The notes beneath the pieces are model-generated. The model searched no databases and was not told the origin of the DNA. It worked only from the letters and a program-made list of their open reading frames with translations. Position numbers and translations under genes: made by a program. Positions 24,726 through 31,368 of a stretch of DNA of 59,017 nt are shown piece by piece (position 1 is the stretch's first letter; each line of letters starts with the position of its first letter). The stretch is from IMG/VR virus record IMGVR_UViG_3300027666_000002; one strand, 5' to 3'. The stretch is from a virus.

Positions 24726-24932
24726 TCAGAGCCAGTAGGTCAGGTAACCGATGTAGGCACCCTCGGGGGTGTTGACGGGGATATTGAAGGACTGCTTGTC
24801 AGTGCAGACGTAACCGGTGGCTGCGGTGATGATGCGCCGGCACTTGTCTGCGCGGGCCGCCAGCTCGGCGCGCTGATCGGCGGAAAGCTCGACACCCTGG
24901 GCGGTGAGCATGTCGCGGGCGGTGATGATCAT
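24726..24932 (-). CDS. hypothetical protein
   Basis: 68-aa ORF behind a cassette. Confidence 0.8.
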   Translation of the reverse strand: MIITARDMLTAQGVELSADQRAELAARADKCRRIITAATGYVCTDKQSFNIPVNTPEGAYIGYLTYWL

Positions 24933-24936
24933 TTCG

Positions 24937-25019
24937 GGTCCTTCCCCTCGGGGTTGTTCCTGGCTGATAAAACCATGCTAGCCCCCTGCGGTAGTGGGTG
25001 TCAACCGCAGGGGGCTAGC
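24937..25019 (-). promoter_or_regulatory. phage promoter + leader cassette embedded in a 15-bp hairpin
   Basis: Minus strand: TTGACA (25004..24999), 18 nt, TAGCAT (24980..24975). Perfect arms 25005..25019 / 24977..24991 (GCTAGCCCCCTGCGG). GGAACAACC (24960..24952), GGGAAGGACC (24946..24937). Confidence 0.75.
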
Positions 25020-25031
25020 AACCTTCCCCGG

Positions 25032-25739
25032 TCAGGCCTTGGGACACTCGGCGCAGGTCATGTAGGCGAACAGGCCACGGTGCCACGGGTTCTCGCACAC
25101 ATCGGCCTGCGAGGCCGGCGCGTCGTACTGGGCAGGGAACTTCGCGTGCATCCGAGCCTGGCGCATGCAGCCCTGGGCGCGGCACTCCTCCAGCTTGTAC
25201 GTCCAGAATCCGCGCTTGCCCCACCGGTCAGCGAAGTGCGGGTTTCCCGTGGACGGCGTGTAGGTGACGGCGACCTCGCTGTAACCCACGTCCGTGGTCC
25301 AGACACCCCAGTCGTGCCCCTCAGCCTTGCCGTGCTGGGCCTGGGCCAGCTCGACGGCATAGGACGCCTCGTCAGCGTAGGAGCGCGTCATGGCCCACTT
25401 GGCGTCGTGGGCGGCCAGGGGGACGATGGTGTCTCCGATGTTGTCCAGCCGGTGCCAGATGGTGGAGCCAGAGCCGTCGGAGAAGGCGGAACGGATGCCG
25501 ACCTCGTAGCCGCAGCCGCCCCATCCGGTGCGCAGTCCGACCAGGATCACGTTCACCATGGTGTGGCCGGTTTGCCTGTCGGTGCAGATGATGACGGGCG
25601 TCTCGCCGAGGGCGGCCAGCGCGTGGCGCATCTTGCCACCAGTCCAGCGGTAACGGTCGTCGTCGGTGATCCGCTCGCTGAGATCCTGGGCGCGCAGGAT
25701 GCAGGTTGTCCCGCTGGTGGTCTCGGTGGCCTTGATCAT
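25032..25739 (-). CDS. hypothetical protein (Cys-rich C-terminus)
   Basis: ATG at 25739 behind a cassette. 3' part of ORF-track 25032..26021. Confidence 0.75.
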   Translation of the reverse strand: MIKATETTSGTTCILRAQDLSERITDDDRYRWTGGKMRHALAALGETPVIICTDRQTGHTMVNVILVGLRTGWGGCGYEVGIRSAFSDGSGSTIWHRLDNIGDTIVPLAAHDAKWAMTRSYADEASYAVELAQAQHGKAEGHDWGVWTTDVGYSEVAVTYTPSTGNPHFADRWGKRGFWTYKLEECRAQGCMRQARMHAKFPAQYDAPASQADVCENPWHRGLFAYMTCAECPKA

Positions 25740-25745
25740 GTCCTG

Positions 25746-25810
25746 GGTCCTTCCCTCGGTGGGTTGTTCCTGATGAGAGAAGACTATCCCACTGCGACCA
25801 TGGGTGTCAA
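25746..25810 (-). promoter_or_regulatory. phage promoter + leader cassette
   Basis: Minus strand: TTGACA (25810..25805), 18 nt, TAGTCT (25786..25781). GGAACAACC (25770..25762), GGGAAGGACC (25755..25746). Confidence 0.7.
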
Positions 25811-26140
25811 TACCGAAGTCCGGACAGTTCGCGCGGCGGCCACCTCGGCACGGCGCCGCATACCCACCTCGCCGCCCTGGTGCGCCTGACAGGGAACGCA
25901 GCTCGGCTGGATGTTGCCGCGCCGGTAGCTTCCGCCGTCCACGCCGAGGTGCAGGCGGTCCGGCGAGACGTTGTCGACGTCGAGCACGTACAGGCAGTGC
26001 GGGGAGCGCTGCAGGAAGCACGCCACGAACTCGCCGTCGCCGAAGTGCTCAACCAGCCACTCCCTGCGGCGCCTGCGGCTGTAGCTGGATCCGCGATCGT
26101 TGCGGTTGGACCGGGATCGCCGGTCGGCAGGCCTGGTCAT
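25784..26140 (-). CDS. HNH-like (beta-beta-alpha-Me) protein with a degenerate motif
   Basis: 118 aa, RBS GGAAGGTGAGAC. ...DRLHLGVDGGSYRRGNIQPSCVPCQAHQG resembles DHI..GG....N...C..CN..K but lacks the first His. The stop TAG lies in the -10 of the next promoter. Confidence 0.4.
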   Translation of the reverse strand: MTRPADRRSRSNRNDRGSSYSRRRRREWLVEHFGDGEFVACFLQRSPHCLYVLDVDNVSPDRLHLGVDGGSYRRGNIQPSCVPCQAHQGGEVGMRRRAEVAAARTVRTSVLTPMVAVG

Positions 26141-26143
26141 GTC

Positions 26144-26317
26144 TCACCTTCCGTGTAGCGAGTTGAGCAGCTCCACGAACGCGGGGCCACCGAGGAACGC
26201 CGCCCCGAACGCCAGGACGGCCAGGAGGAGCACGAACGCGCTGGCGCCGACCAGAATGGCCACGGCGGCGCCAGCGCGGCGCAGGAGCCGCCTAGGGGCG
26301 CTCGATGGAGTCTTCAC
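26144..26317 (-). CDS. small membrane protein (57 aa; start uncertain)
   Basis: Hand-found frame ...AVAILVGASAFVLLLAVLAFGAAFLGGPAF..., GC3-rich. GTG at 26317 overlaps the end of 26292..26480. Confidence 0.35.
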   Translation of the reverse strand: MKTPSSAPRRLLRRAGAAVAILVGASAFVLLLAVLAFGAAFLGGPAFVELLNSLHGR

Positions 26318-26480
26318 CGCGCCTGGCCTCTTGGGCTTCGTCCCGGTCCTGCGCCTTCGCCATCTGCTCGGCGGTCCTGTTGCGCGCGCCGGTGCCCATG
26401 AGGCCGGCGGCGATGGACGCGGCCGCGTCCAAATTGACCTTGTCGCGCGCTGCCTGCACCTGCTTGTTGGAGTGACCCAC
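26292..26480 (-). CDS. hypothetical protein
   Basis: 62-aa ORF, GTG start with AAAGGA upstream. Confidence 0.6.
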   Translation of the reverse strand: MGHSNKQVQAARDKVNLDAAASIAAGLMGTGARNRTAEQMAKAQDRDEAQEARRGEDSIERP

Positions 26481-26483
26481 TGT

Positions 26484-26765
26484 TCAAGATCCTTTCTGTT
26501 GGGTTGCCCGGCTTCCCGGGACGTCGGGACGGCCGTTGTGCACGTGCACCGCCAGGAGGCCGTTGGCCACCGAGGTCAGGCAGTCGGCCGGGATAGTGAC
26601 GTCGCCGTCGTCAGACTGCAGCACGACGGACCCGTCATCGTCGAGGCGCCACGCCCAGAGGGCCCCGTAGGGCCGTGGGCCGCCAACGCGAGGATTGTGA
26701 GGCTGGACCCGCCAGGGCTCGGTCCCGGTGGCCTGCGGGAGCGGATGCTGTCCGGAGGGAATCAC
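26484..26765 (-). CDS. hypothetical protein
   Basis: 93-aa ORF. GTGA overlap with the upstream stop. Confidence 0.65.
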   Translation of the reverse strand: MIPSGQHPLPQATGTEPWRVQPHNPRVGGPRPYGALWAWRLDDDGSVVLQSDDGDVTIPADCLTSVANGLLAVHVHNGRPDVPGSRATQQKGS

Positions 26766-27052
26766 TTGGTCCCCTGCACAGCGATGGCGAGACCCAGCAG
26801 TGTGGCGGTGTCGTCCAGGGCGTTGGCGCCGAGGGCGACACGGGCGGCGTGCGCGCGGCCGTCGGACTGCTCCGCGTCGAGCACGATGGCATCCCCCAGG
26901 GGGCCCATCTCGCCCTGCGTGTCGACCACGCCGAAGGACTTCAGGTTGGAGCCGGGCAGTCGGGTCCAGTACACGCGATAGCGGGCATTGGGCAGGTCGG
27001 CGTCTCCCAGGCTCATGCTGTCGAGCAGGTTGATTTTGTGGGTCACTCTCAT
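26762..27052 (-). CDS. hypothetical protein
   Basis: ATG at 27052 with GGAG upstream. 3' part of ORF-track 26762..27229. Confidence 0.65.
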   Translation of the reverse strand: MRVTHKINLLDSMSLGDADLPNARYRVYWTRLPGSNLKSFGVVDTQGEMGPLGDAIVLDAEQSDGRAHAARVALGANALDDTATLLGLAIAVQGTK

Positions 27053-27104
27053 GATCGTCTCCGGGGGTGTGCGTTGAAACGTGTCAAGGTGATCTAGGGG
27101 GGCG

Positions 27105-27139
27105 GTGGCCGGCGCCCAAGGAAGCGGGGCGCCGGCCAC
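27105..27139 (-). terminator. stem-loop terminator
   Basis: 13-bp perfect inverted repeat gtggccggcgccc (27105..27117) / gggcgccggccac (27127..27139), 6 nt after the stop at 27145. Confidence 0.65.
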
Positions 27140-27144
27140 GAGGT

Positions 27145-27429
27145 CTAGCGCGGGACGGCGTACCAGCCATCGGGGGTCGGCTGGTCGTTGTCGTCGATGA
27201 GCAGCACGTGACGCGGCATCCTGTTCCACGAGGGGGTCTGGTTGGGGCCCTTGATGGCGGCCGTCACCGTGCCGTGCACCGAGATGATCCAGCGCTGTCG
27301 ACCCTCCGCGTCCGCCTCGAACGGCCGGACGTCGAGCGCGCGGACGGCGCCCACCTGGCGCTTGGGGCCGACGTTGACGGACAGCGGCGTGCCGTCCGGG
27401 GCGGTGAAGTTGATCGTCCGCTTGGCCAT
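27145..27429 (-). CDS. hypothetical protein
   Basis: ATG at 27429 behind a cassette. 3' part of ORF-track 27145..27657. Confidence 0.75.
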   Translation of the reverse strand: MAKRTINFTAPDGTPLSVNVGPKRQVGAVRALDVRPFEADAEGRQRWIISVHGTVTAAIKGPNQTPSWNRMPRHVLLIDDNDQPTPDGWYAVPR

Positions 27430-27436
27430 GATCTTG

Positions 27437-27504
27437 GGTCCTTCCCCTCGGGGTTGTTCCTGGCTGATGGGAGAACTGTACCCCACCAGATGGGTGGGTG
27501 TCAA
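27437..27504 (-). promoter_or_regulatory. phage promoter + leader cassette
   Basis: Minus strand: TTGACA (27504..27499), 18 nt (CCCACC/GGTGGG dyad), TACAGT (27480..27475). GGAACAACC (27460..27452), GGGAAGGACC (27446..27437). Confidence 0.7.
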
Positions 27505-27507
27505 CGG

Positions 27508-27539
27508 GGGAGGGGCCCCAGTTTCCCGGGGCCCCTCCC
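27508..27539 (-). terminator. stem-loop terminator abutting the next promoter
   Basis: 12-bp perfect inverted repeat gggaggggcccc (27508..27519) / ggggcccctccc (27528..27539), between the stop at 27542 and the -35 at 27504. Confidence 0.7.
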
Positions 27540-27541
27540 GG

Positions 27542-27754
27542 CTAGCTGTAGATCCACTCTTGGCAGAGGTCGTGGGCGTCGCGCAGGGTGAGGATCTCGT
27601 TGCCGTCCTGGTCAGCCACCCACTCGGCGAGCTCATGATCCCGGACGCTGTAGCCACCGTCCTGGCGGAGATCCACGGTGTAGCGGGCGCTGCCGGTGAG
27701 CGTGGCGGCGGCGATCTGGGCGGCCTGCTCGGCGGGGGTCAGCATGTTAGCCAT
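27542..27754 (-). CDS. hypothetical protein
   Basis: 70-aa ORF flanked by its own cassette and terminator. Confidence 0.8.
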   Translation of the reverse strand: MANMLTPAEQAAQIAAATLTGSARYTVDLRQDGGYSVRDHELAEWVADQDGNEILTLRDAHDLCQEWIYS

Positions 27755-27757
27755 GGT

Positions 27758-27827
27758 GGTCCTTCTCTCTGTGGAGTTGTTCCTTGCTGATGAGAGAAGA
27801 TTACCCCACGGCGGACATGGGTGTCAA
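27758..27827 (-). promoter_or_regulatory. phage promoter + leader cassette
   Basis: Minus strand: TTGACA (27827..27822), 18 nt, TAATCT (27803..27798). GGAACAACT (27783..27775), GAGAAGGACC (27767..27758). Confidence 0.7.
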
Positions 27828-27850
27828 CCCCCTCGGGCACTCCGAGGGGG
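27828..27850 (-). terminator. stem-loop terminator directly fused to the -35 of the next promoter
   Basis: 9-bp perfect inverted repeat ccccctcgg (27828..27836) / ccgaggggg (27842..27850), 5-nt loop. Confidence 0.65.
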
Positions 27851-27872
27851 AGTTCACTCGAACGGACCAACG

Positions 27873-28232
27873 TCACGCGGGCAGGGCGACCGCCTTCGCC
27901 TCGACCAGGCACACCGCGAGCAGGTGGTAGCAGGTGCGCCCGTTCTGTCCGGCCAGGCACGTGCACAGGGTCCGGTCCGTGCGGTAGCGGCCGCCGTCGG
28001 TGGTGACCGTGTAGAAGCTGTCCTGCGCGTTCTTGACCACGGCACCGTTCGCCAGGGCGGTCAGCGCGCGGCCCACCAGGCCGGTCGAGGTGCGCTGGAC
28101 GGCCTCGGCGATGGCCGCGTCGTACTTGCGCTGACAGACCGGGCCACGGCCACGCTCGATGCTCTTGGGGTCCTTCAGCGCACGGTGGCAGCGCTTGCAC
28201 GTGGCGTTCACGGGGGCGGTGGTCTCGGTCAT
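27873..28232 (-). CDS. zinc-finger protein: N-terminal CxxC..GxGPxC (DUF6011-like) plus C-terminal SWIM (CxC..CxH)
   Basis: ATG at 28232 behind a cassette. ATCKRCHRALKDPKSIERGRGPVCQRK and CTCLAGQNGRTCYH motifs (families recalled). Confidence 0.6.
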   Translation of the reverse strand: MTETTAPVNATCKRCHRALKDPKSIERGRGPVCQRKYDAAIAEAVQRTSTGLVGRALTALANGAVVKNAQDSFYTVTTDGGRYRTDRTLCTCLAGQNGRTCYHLLAVCLVEAKAVALPA

Positions 28233-28238
28233 CTCGGT

Positions 28239-28302
28239 GGTCCTTCCCTGGCGGGTTGTTCCTGACACGCACGAAGTTACCCCATGCAGCAGTGGGTGTC
28301 AA
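28239..28302 (-). promoter_or_regulatory. phage promoter + leader cassette
   Basis: Minus strand: TTGACA (28302..28297), 17 nt, TAACTT (28279..28274). GGAACAACC (28262..28254), GGGAAGGACC (28248..28239). Confidence 0.7.
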
Positions 28303-28336
28303 CACCGGGTTCCGGAGAAGGTCATCTTGGGACGTT

Positions 28337-28804
28337 TCAATGCCGGCTCTGCCGGCAGGTCCAGCCAGCCGGCGCATGCCACATCGGCCACCCACAGCAG
28401 TCCGGCACCGTGGCCGGCACGGCGGAGTGGTCGCACCAGCTCGGACACTGGGCGGGCGTGTGCGTGTGGAACGTGGACATGGCTGGGTAGGCCGGCGAGG
28501 ACCAGGGGACCGTCCAGCCGTAGAAGTTGCGCCGGAAGTAGTCTGCCCGGTCGCGCTCCGCCTGGTTGCGCGCCGAGCCCCACATCGCCAGGTAGGTCTC
28601 CAGGTCATACTCGGGCTTGTCGTTCGTGCCGGTGGTGCGCCCGTCGGAGACGCCTGCGTAGGCCCATTCCCGAGGCCCAGGGATGCGCTCCAGGCCCACG
28701 CCGCACACGTGGCACACGAGAGGCGTGCCACCGGCGCAGACGGCCGCAGGGTGGTCTGGGACGGGCGGAAGGCCCCGCCGGCTCGACAGGGCCTTCACTG
28801 TCAC
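28337..28804 (-). CDS. Cys/His/Trp-rich hypothetical protein
   Basis: GTGA overlap at 28801..28804. 3' part of ORF-track 28337..28993. Confidence 0.6.
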   Translation of the reverse strand: MTVKALSSRRGLPPVPDHPAAVCAGGTPLVCHVCGVGLERIPGPREWAYAGVSDGRTTGTNDKPEYDLETYLAMWGSARNQAERDRADYFRRNFYGWTVPWSSPAYPAMSTFHTHTPAQCPSWCDHSAVPATVPDCCGWPMWHAPAGWTCRQSRH

Positions 28805-28926
28805 TCGCTCCCCGGAGTGGTCTTCTTGGCCATCTCGGCCTGCAGTCTCTCGCGCAGGGCGCGCACTTCCTCGGTCTTCTCGGCTGGCGTCTGTTCGTCC
28901 CGGTCTGGCTTGGGCGTGTCGGTCAA
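28801..28926 (-). CDS. small charged hypothetical protein (41 aa)
   Basis: Hand-found TTG at 28926 with GAGAAGGGA upstream. GC3-rich LTDTPKPDRDEQTPAEKTEEVRALRERLQAEMAKKTTPGSE. Confidence 0.4.
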   Translation of the reverse strand: MTDTPKPDRDEQTPAEKTEEVRALRERLQAEMAKKTTPGSE

Positions 28927-28989
28927 CTTGGTGATCCCTTCTCGACGGAGCGACGGGGCCAACCTGGCGCGCAGGCCCCGTCAGGTTGG

Positions 28990-29352
28990 TCACCGCTTGC
29001 GGCTCTGGGCCCAGCGGTGCGAGGTGGCGGACGTCGCGATGCCGATCGCGGCACCCAGGCCCCGTGTCCGACCGGCCTCGACGCGAACGCCGTCGCGGTC
29101 GCAGTAGTCGACCACGTAGCGCAGCTCGGCGCGGTCGAACCAGATGGCCGCCGAGGTGCCGGCCTCGGAGCCGTCGGTGAAGGCGTTCCGCACGTCGCGG
29201 GTGACGACATTCCAGTACTGGTCTGCCGCGCGGTAGAGCACGGTGACGGTGCCCGCGTAGTCGGCGGAGGTGGCCACCTGGCGGCGACCGATCGACTGGG
29301 TGCCGGTGAGGCCATGGAAGTTGGGGGCCTGGTTGAGGATCGCGACGCTCAT
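28990..29352 (-). CDS. hypothetical protein
   Basis: ATG at 29352 behind a cassette. 3' part of ORF-track 28990..29529. Confidence 0.75.
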   Translation of the reverse strand: MSVAILNQAPNFHGLTGTQSIGRRQVATSADYAGTVTVLYRAADQYWNVVTRDVRNAFTDGSEAGTSAAIWFDRAELRYVVDYCDRDGVRVEAGRTRGLGAAIGIATSATSHRWAQSRKR

Positions 29353-29359
29353 GGTGGTG

Positions 29360-29424
29360 GGTCCTTCCCGGTTGGGGTTGTTCCTGATGACGTGAACATC
29401 ACCCACCACGGAAGTGGGTGTCAA
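29360..29424 (-). promoter_or_regulatory. phage promoter + leader cassette (weaker -10)
   Basis: Minus strand: TTGACA (29424..29419), 18 nt containing the CACCCAC/GTGGGTG dyad, GATGTT (29400..29395). GGAACAACC (29384..29376), GGGAAGGACC (29369..29360). Confidence 0.6.
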
Positions 29425-29666
29425 CCCTCTGCGCGTAGTTTCTGAAGAAGTCCCACCAGTGCGCCGGTCGGCGTGGACGCGTAGACCCCGGCGAACCGCC
29501 TCGGTGTGCGCGCCGGATACCTTGCGCAACTGGCGTACCAGCTACTTCCTGACCAGTGCAGGCCCAGGCCGATGTGGTCCGACGTGGGACGCCAGGTGCA
29601 GCGACGGTGGCCGGTCCAGATTCTGGTGGCCTGCTCGATGATGTCCTGCTCGATGCGTGCGCTCAC
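29421..29666 (-). CDS. hypothetical protein
   Basis: GTGA overlap at 29663..29666. The stop TGA lies inside the TTGACA of the next promoter. Confidence 0.6.
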   Translation of the reverse strand: MSARIEQDIIEQATRIWTGHRRCTWRPTSDHIGLGLHWSGSSWYASCARYPARTPRRFAGVYASTPTGALVGLLQKLRAEG

Positions 29667-29872
29667 GGGTGTGTCTCCAGTAGGTCGCGGTCTTCGAGCG
29701 CCAGCAACGTGGCCAGCGTCTCGTGCATGTGGTCGATGGCGTCCAGCCACACGTCCTCGCGGTGGACCCGATCCAGCCAGAGCAGGCCGGGGATGGCGTC
29801 GGTCCAGGCGTAGGCGGTGGTCCACATGCTGGCCGCCAGGGTGACGGTCAGCATGATCAGCGCCCCGATCAT
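29663..29872 (-). CDS. hypothetical protein with N-terminal TM segment
   Basis: 69-aa ORF. ATGA overlap with the upstream stop. Confidence 0.65.
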   Translation of the reverse strand: MIGALIMLTVTLAASMWTTAYAWTDAIPGLLWLDRVHREDVWLDAIDHMHETLATLLALEDRDLLETHP

Positions 29873-30285
29873 CGCGTGGCCGCCTGTCGTGCATCGCGCA
29901 CGGCCGCGCCGAGCTCGGTCAGGATGTGCTGCGGCCGGCTGAATTCGTCGTAGGTTGGCGCCTTCTCCAGCAGCCCGCGATTCATGAGCGCGAGCACGGT
30001 GCCCACCTTGACGGTGTCGCTCGTGCGAACGTGCAGGACGTCGGGGTCAGGGGTGCGCTCGGCGCGGTAGGCGTCCACGGCCTGCTTGCAGACGCGGGAT
30101 CCCTCGCAGTAATCGCTGGCGCCCATCCGGTCGCCGCGCAGGCTCTCGTGTCCTGGGCAGTAGTCGGCCACGGTGTCGCCGGTGAGGTCGTCTCGGTTGA
30201 CGGTGCCCTGGGCGGCGAGCAGGACTGCGGCCATGGGGACTGTGAGCTTGCTGGCGAGTAGCTGGGCGCTGATGGCCTGGCTCAT
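29869..30285 (-). CDS. hypothetical protein
   Basis: ATG at 30285 behind a cassette. 3' part of ORF-track 29869..30381. Confidence 0.75.
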   Translation of the reverse strand: MSQAISAQLLASKLTVPMAAVLLAAQGTVNRDDLTGDTVADYCPGHESLRGDRMGASDYCEGSRVCKQAVDAYRAERTPDPDVLHVRTSDTVKVGTVLALMNRGLLEKAPTYDEFSRPQHILTELGAAVRDARQAATR

Positions 30286-30292
30286 GATCTTT

Positions 30293-30356
30293 GGTCCTTC
30301 CCGGGTGGGTTGTTCCTGGCATCCACAACAGTACCCACCGCGACGGTGGGTGTCAA
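30293..30356 (-). promoter_or_regulatory. phage promoter + leader cassette
   Basis: Minus strand: TTGACA (30356..30351), 17 nt = CCCACCG-TCG-CGGTGGG dyad, TACTGT (30333..30328). GGAACAACC (30316..30308), GGGAAGGACC (30302..30293). Confidence 0.7.
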
Positions 30357-30373
30357 GTAGTTGGGGCGGCCGC

Positions 30374-30501
30374 GTCAGCAACGGCCAACCCGCTGTCCCC
30401 CGCCACGTGACCCGCGTGCAACGGGTCCGCCGAGCTTTCGCGGCGACCCCTCGCGGGGTGGGCCACTACTCCTCACGGCGTGCACGGCGTGGCGTGCTGA
30501 C
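30374..30501 (-). ncRNA. ~128-nt multi-helix rod domain (3' module / terminator of the ncRNA locus)
   Basis: Nested closing helices: 30374..30380/30495..30501 (7 bp), 30401..30407/30488..30494 (7 bp), 30415..30420/30481..30486 (6 bp). Inner hairpins include ACCCC-GCGA-GGGGU at 30446..30459. No ORF. Confidence 0.45.
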
Positions 30502-30506
30502 GTACG

Positions 30507-30577
30507 CGCTTGGGGCCGGAGTCGAACCGGCGTCCCGGGGGGTGAGCCCGTGCATGAACCACTCTGCTATCCCAAGC
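30507..30577 (-). tRNA. tRNA-like element (anticodon loop CUCACCC, nominal CAC/Val; non-canonical)
   Basis: 7-bp perfect acceptor GCUUGGG/CCCAAGC. T arm GCCGG-UUCGACU-CCGGC. GG in the D loop, U33. But the D stem is 3 bp, the anticodon stem is 4 bp plus an A.G pair, position 37 is C, the variable region is 3 nt, and no CCA is encoded. Confidence 0.5.
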
Positions 30578-31368
30578 TCCCGGTCGCTACGGCAGTCCAC
30601 GCCTCACGTGGCCGGGTTTTTCCATGATCTGGAAGACGACACGCCTGGCAGGGACAGGCCCAGGCGGTGTCGATGCCGCCTGGTTATGGCGTCGCTTGGC
30701 CGATCTCGACCCAGCCGCCCTTGCGCCACACGATCGAGAGGTGACTTGGCATGCCGTCAAGCTGTGAGCCCGGAGTGGCCGGTTCCCTGCGGCCCGACCA
30801 CTCCGGCAGGACCGTTTTTTCACCGTGGAGTCCCGCCGCCACGGGCGCAACCCCTGACCTCTCCGACGGGGTATGCGCCTCTCCTCGGGGAAGTAGGCGC
30901 ACCGGGGGAAAGGAAGGGGCGCCCGCTGGAGGTGGGAGAGTTCAGGGCCCGGTAGCTGCCAGCTTGTACCGGGCAACCCCCGGCTTCCAGCGCTCACGCG
31001 CTCGTAGCTGGCAGGGGAGCTGTGGATGGTCCGTCGGCACGCCCGGCGACTTGCGCTCCAGGGCCCTGTTTCACTTCAGGGAGAGGTGTAGCGACGGGGG
31101 TTCAACCCGCACCTGGAGACCATCACTCGATCCCTCGATCAACGTGCCGGGCTCATTGCCAGCGGGTCCTACTCGTGTGAGCGACAGCAGGCCTTCGCGG
31201 TGTGACCCGACCCCGTCCGTAGGGATCTTGTCGCGGACGGGGGGTCGGGACCGATGGCGATCGACCAGACCGTTTGGTCCCGTCCGCTGATCTTGAAGTT
31301 GTCAAGTTCCGGGCGCCGGAGGGGTACCTGACTCGGTCCCCATCGAGGATTGAGTTTCCCCTCCGGCA
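30578..31368 (-). ncRNA. candidate large (~790 nt) structured non-coding RNA, family unknown
   Basis: Driven by promoter 31375..31403. No SD/ATG context and no GC3-biased ORF. Many long nested helices (10, 14, 9, 9 and 8 bp; coordinates given in findings). Ends at the tRNA-like element. Confidence 0.5.

Noticed and set aside
25032-26021. Long N-terminal extensions in the ORF track (for example 25032..26021 329 aa, 21730..22788 352 aa, 42460..43698 412 aa, 31302..31946, 28337..28993, 36678..37508)
   Set aside because: The extensions run through upstream genes or promoters in Arg/Pro-rich frames. Internal starts with an SD or a 4-nt stop/start overlap fit the genome-wide pattern better.
27082-27087. 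Extra TTGACA upstream of 26762..27052 as another promoter copy
   Set aside because: There is no TAnnnT at a 16-19 nt spacing (the hexamer there is CCGGAG), no GGGG or GGAACAACC box, and only 29 nt to the ATG. It is probably a decayed remnant or chance match.
30507-30577. tRNA-like sequence as an attP core for integration into a host tRNA gene
   Set aside because: No integrase, excisionase or repressor gene is visible anywhere in the genome. The element is a complete acceptor-to-acceptor unit rather than a 3' tRNA fragment.
30507-31368. tmRNA or RNase P RNA identity for the ORF-free locus
   Set aside because: Both acceptor strands lie within a 71-nt tRNA-sized unit, not at the two ends of a ~360-nt RNA. 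I saw no tag reading frame, and no GAGGAAAGUCCGGGC / ACAGAACCCGGCUUA-type conserved regions. The CUCCGGGCUC segment pairs locally instead.
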